NCBI GenBank assembly: GCA_963767925.1
Contig: CAVYGB010000001.1
Span: forward strand, 64,001 to 128,000
Direction: 5' to 3'
DNA: 64,000 bases
Source of the DNA: an uncultured delta proteobacterium
GTDB lineage: Bacteria; Myxococcota_A; Polyangia; Fen-1088
Shown here: positions 62,810-64,000 of the stretch, in pieces
How the letters are laid out: each line of letters starts with the position of its first letter
Position numbering within the stretch: position 1 is the first letter of the stretch
Notes under the pieces: model-generated
Database searches by the model: none
The model's input: the letters and a program-made list of their open reading frames with translations, nothing else
What the model was told of the DNA's origin: nothing
Translations under genes and position numbers: made by a program

Positions 62810-63502
62810 GCCCTCGGCAAGCGCATCCGCCTCGGCAAGCTCACCCAGGAGTTTCCCTGGGCCACCATCGTCGGCATCGTCGGCGACGTGCGGGGGCGCT
62901 ATGGCCTCGACCGCCCGCCCCGGCCGGAGATGTACCGGCCGGCGGCCCAGATCGGCGGAGCGTCCGCGCTGGCGGTCGTCGTGCGCACCCAGGGGGACCC
63001 CACCTTGTCGCTGGGCGCGGTGCGGGCCGCGATGGCCGAGCTCGACCCGGGCCAGCCGATCTTCGGCCTGCAGACCGTCGAGCAGCTCGTCGCCACCTCG
63101 CTGGGGCAGCGCCGGTTCACGCTCACCCTGCTGCTGGTGTTCGGCGTGCTGACCCTCGCCCTGGCGGCGGTCGGCATCTACGGCGTGATGGCCTACACGG
63201 TCGCGCAGCGCACCCGCGAGATCGGCATCCGGGTGGCGCTCGGCGCCCGCCCCGCCGACGTGCTCGGCATGGTGATCCGCAACGGTATGACCCTTGTCGC
63301 CATCGGCTCCGCCATCGGCACGGTGGGCGCCCTGGCGGCGACGCGCGCCGCCTCGTCCCTCCTGTACGGCATCTCCAGCACCGACGCGGCCACCTACGCC
63401 GGCATCGCCGCGGTGCTGGCGGCGGTCGCCCTGCTCGCCACCGTGTTGCCGGCCCGCCGCGCGATGAAGGTCGACCCGATGCGCGCGCTCCGCACCGAAT
63501 AG
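62810..63502 (+). pseudogene. 3' remnant of MacB/FtsX-type ABC permease
   Basis: LGKRIRLG, TIVGIVGDVR, LAAVGIYGVMAYTVAQRTREIGIRVALGA, PARRAMKVDPM; no N-terminal portion. Confidence 0.85.
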
Positions 63503-63564
63503 CCGCGGCGGCGAGCCGGTGACACTTCCTCCCCCCGCCGGTGTTGACCGAGGGAGGAGTCACC

Positions 63565-64000
63565 ATGCCCGTCCCCGCGCTCGAGGCGCCCCCTGCGCCT
63601 CGCTCTGCCCTCGTCCCCCGCGATCTCGTCCGCCGACTGGGATCGTCGCCCTTCAACTACTGGTTCGGCTACCTGGCCAACGCCGGCCTCATCGTCGGGC
63701 TGGCCGCCCAGGCCCGGGCCGGCGGCACCTTGTTGCTATCGCCGCTGGCGCTGGTGGCGCTGGCCATCGGCGGGATCTTCACCTGGACCCTCGCCGAATA
63801 CCTGCTGCACCGGTACGTGTACCACGAGCTCCCCTCGTTCCTGCGCGTCGGGCACGGGCTGCACCACGCCACCCCGCGCGCGCAGATCGGCGTCCCCTGG
63901 TGGCTGACGAGCATGATCGTCCTGGGGGTGTTTTTTCTCGTCAGCCGGGTGCTGGATCCCGCCGCGGTCGGCGTGTTCCTGGCGGCCACCTGGCTGGGCT
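63565..64000 (+). CDS. Sterol desaturase / fatty acid hydroxylase family, runs off window
   Basis: GGAGGAG RBS; my translation gives WTLAEYLLHRYVYH and GHGLHHATP His boxes. Confidence 0.88.
   Translation, partial: MPVPALEAPPAPRSALVPRDLVRRLGSSPFNYWFGYLANAGLIVGLAAQARAGGTLLLSPLALVALAIGGIFTWTLAEYLLHRYVYHELPSFLRVGHGLHHATPRAQIGVPWWLTSMIVLGVFFLVSRVLDPAAVGVFLAATWLG

Overview
GC-rich bacterial window that looks like Myxococcota (Polyangia-like): it has a DUF1592/DUF1552 pair, STK-AAA sensor, PARP-type Zn-finger protein and myxobacterial-type Ser/Thr kinase. It is a patchwork of about 55 accessory and metabolic genes. I saw no rRNA, tRNA, CRISPR array or intact transposase. Most notable: (1) a tightly coupled 5-gene operon at 48248-52909 encoding a probable pseudokinase-TPR (HRD changed to HRG), a roadblock/LC7 protein, a membrane-anchored OmpA/MotB-like protein, a TM-coiled-coil-roadblock protein and a V4R protein, with no GTPase; (2) two CTAG-bounded 164-165 bp palindromic elements whose arms differ in sequence but whose central loops are conserved, each sitting on a TAG stop codon; (3) a eukaryote-type myo-inositol oxygenase operon with a fused permease/binding-protein ABC importer, plus a separate galactinol-synthase-like GT8; (4) a cytochrome b-like / 11-heme cytochrome c / DUF3365 redox module; (5) a stand-alone heme-oxygenase-like diiron enzyme plus cupin pair. 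Two zones (about 16.0-19.4 kb and 35.8-39.7 kb) carry many single-base frameshifts that look like sequencing errors. Several intergenic regions hold gene remnants. All family calls come from motif recognition by eye, not database searches.
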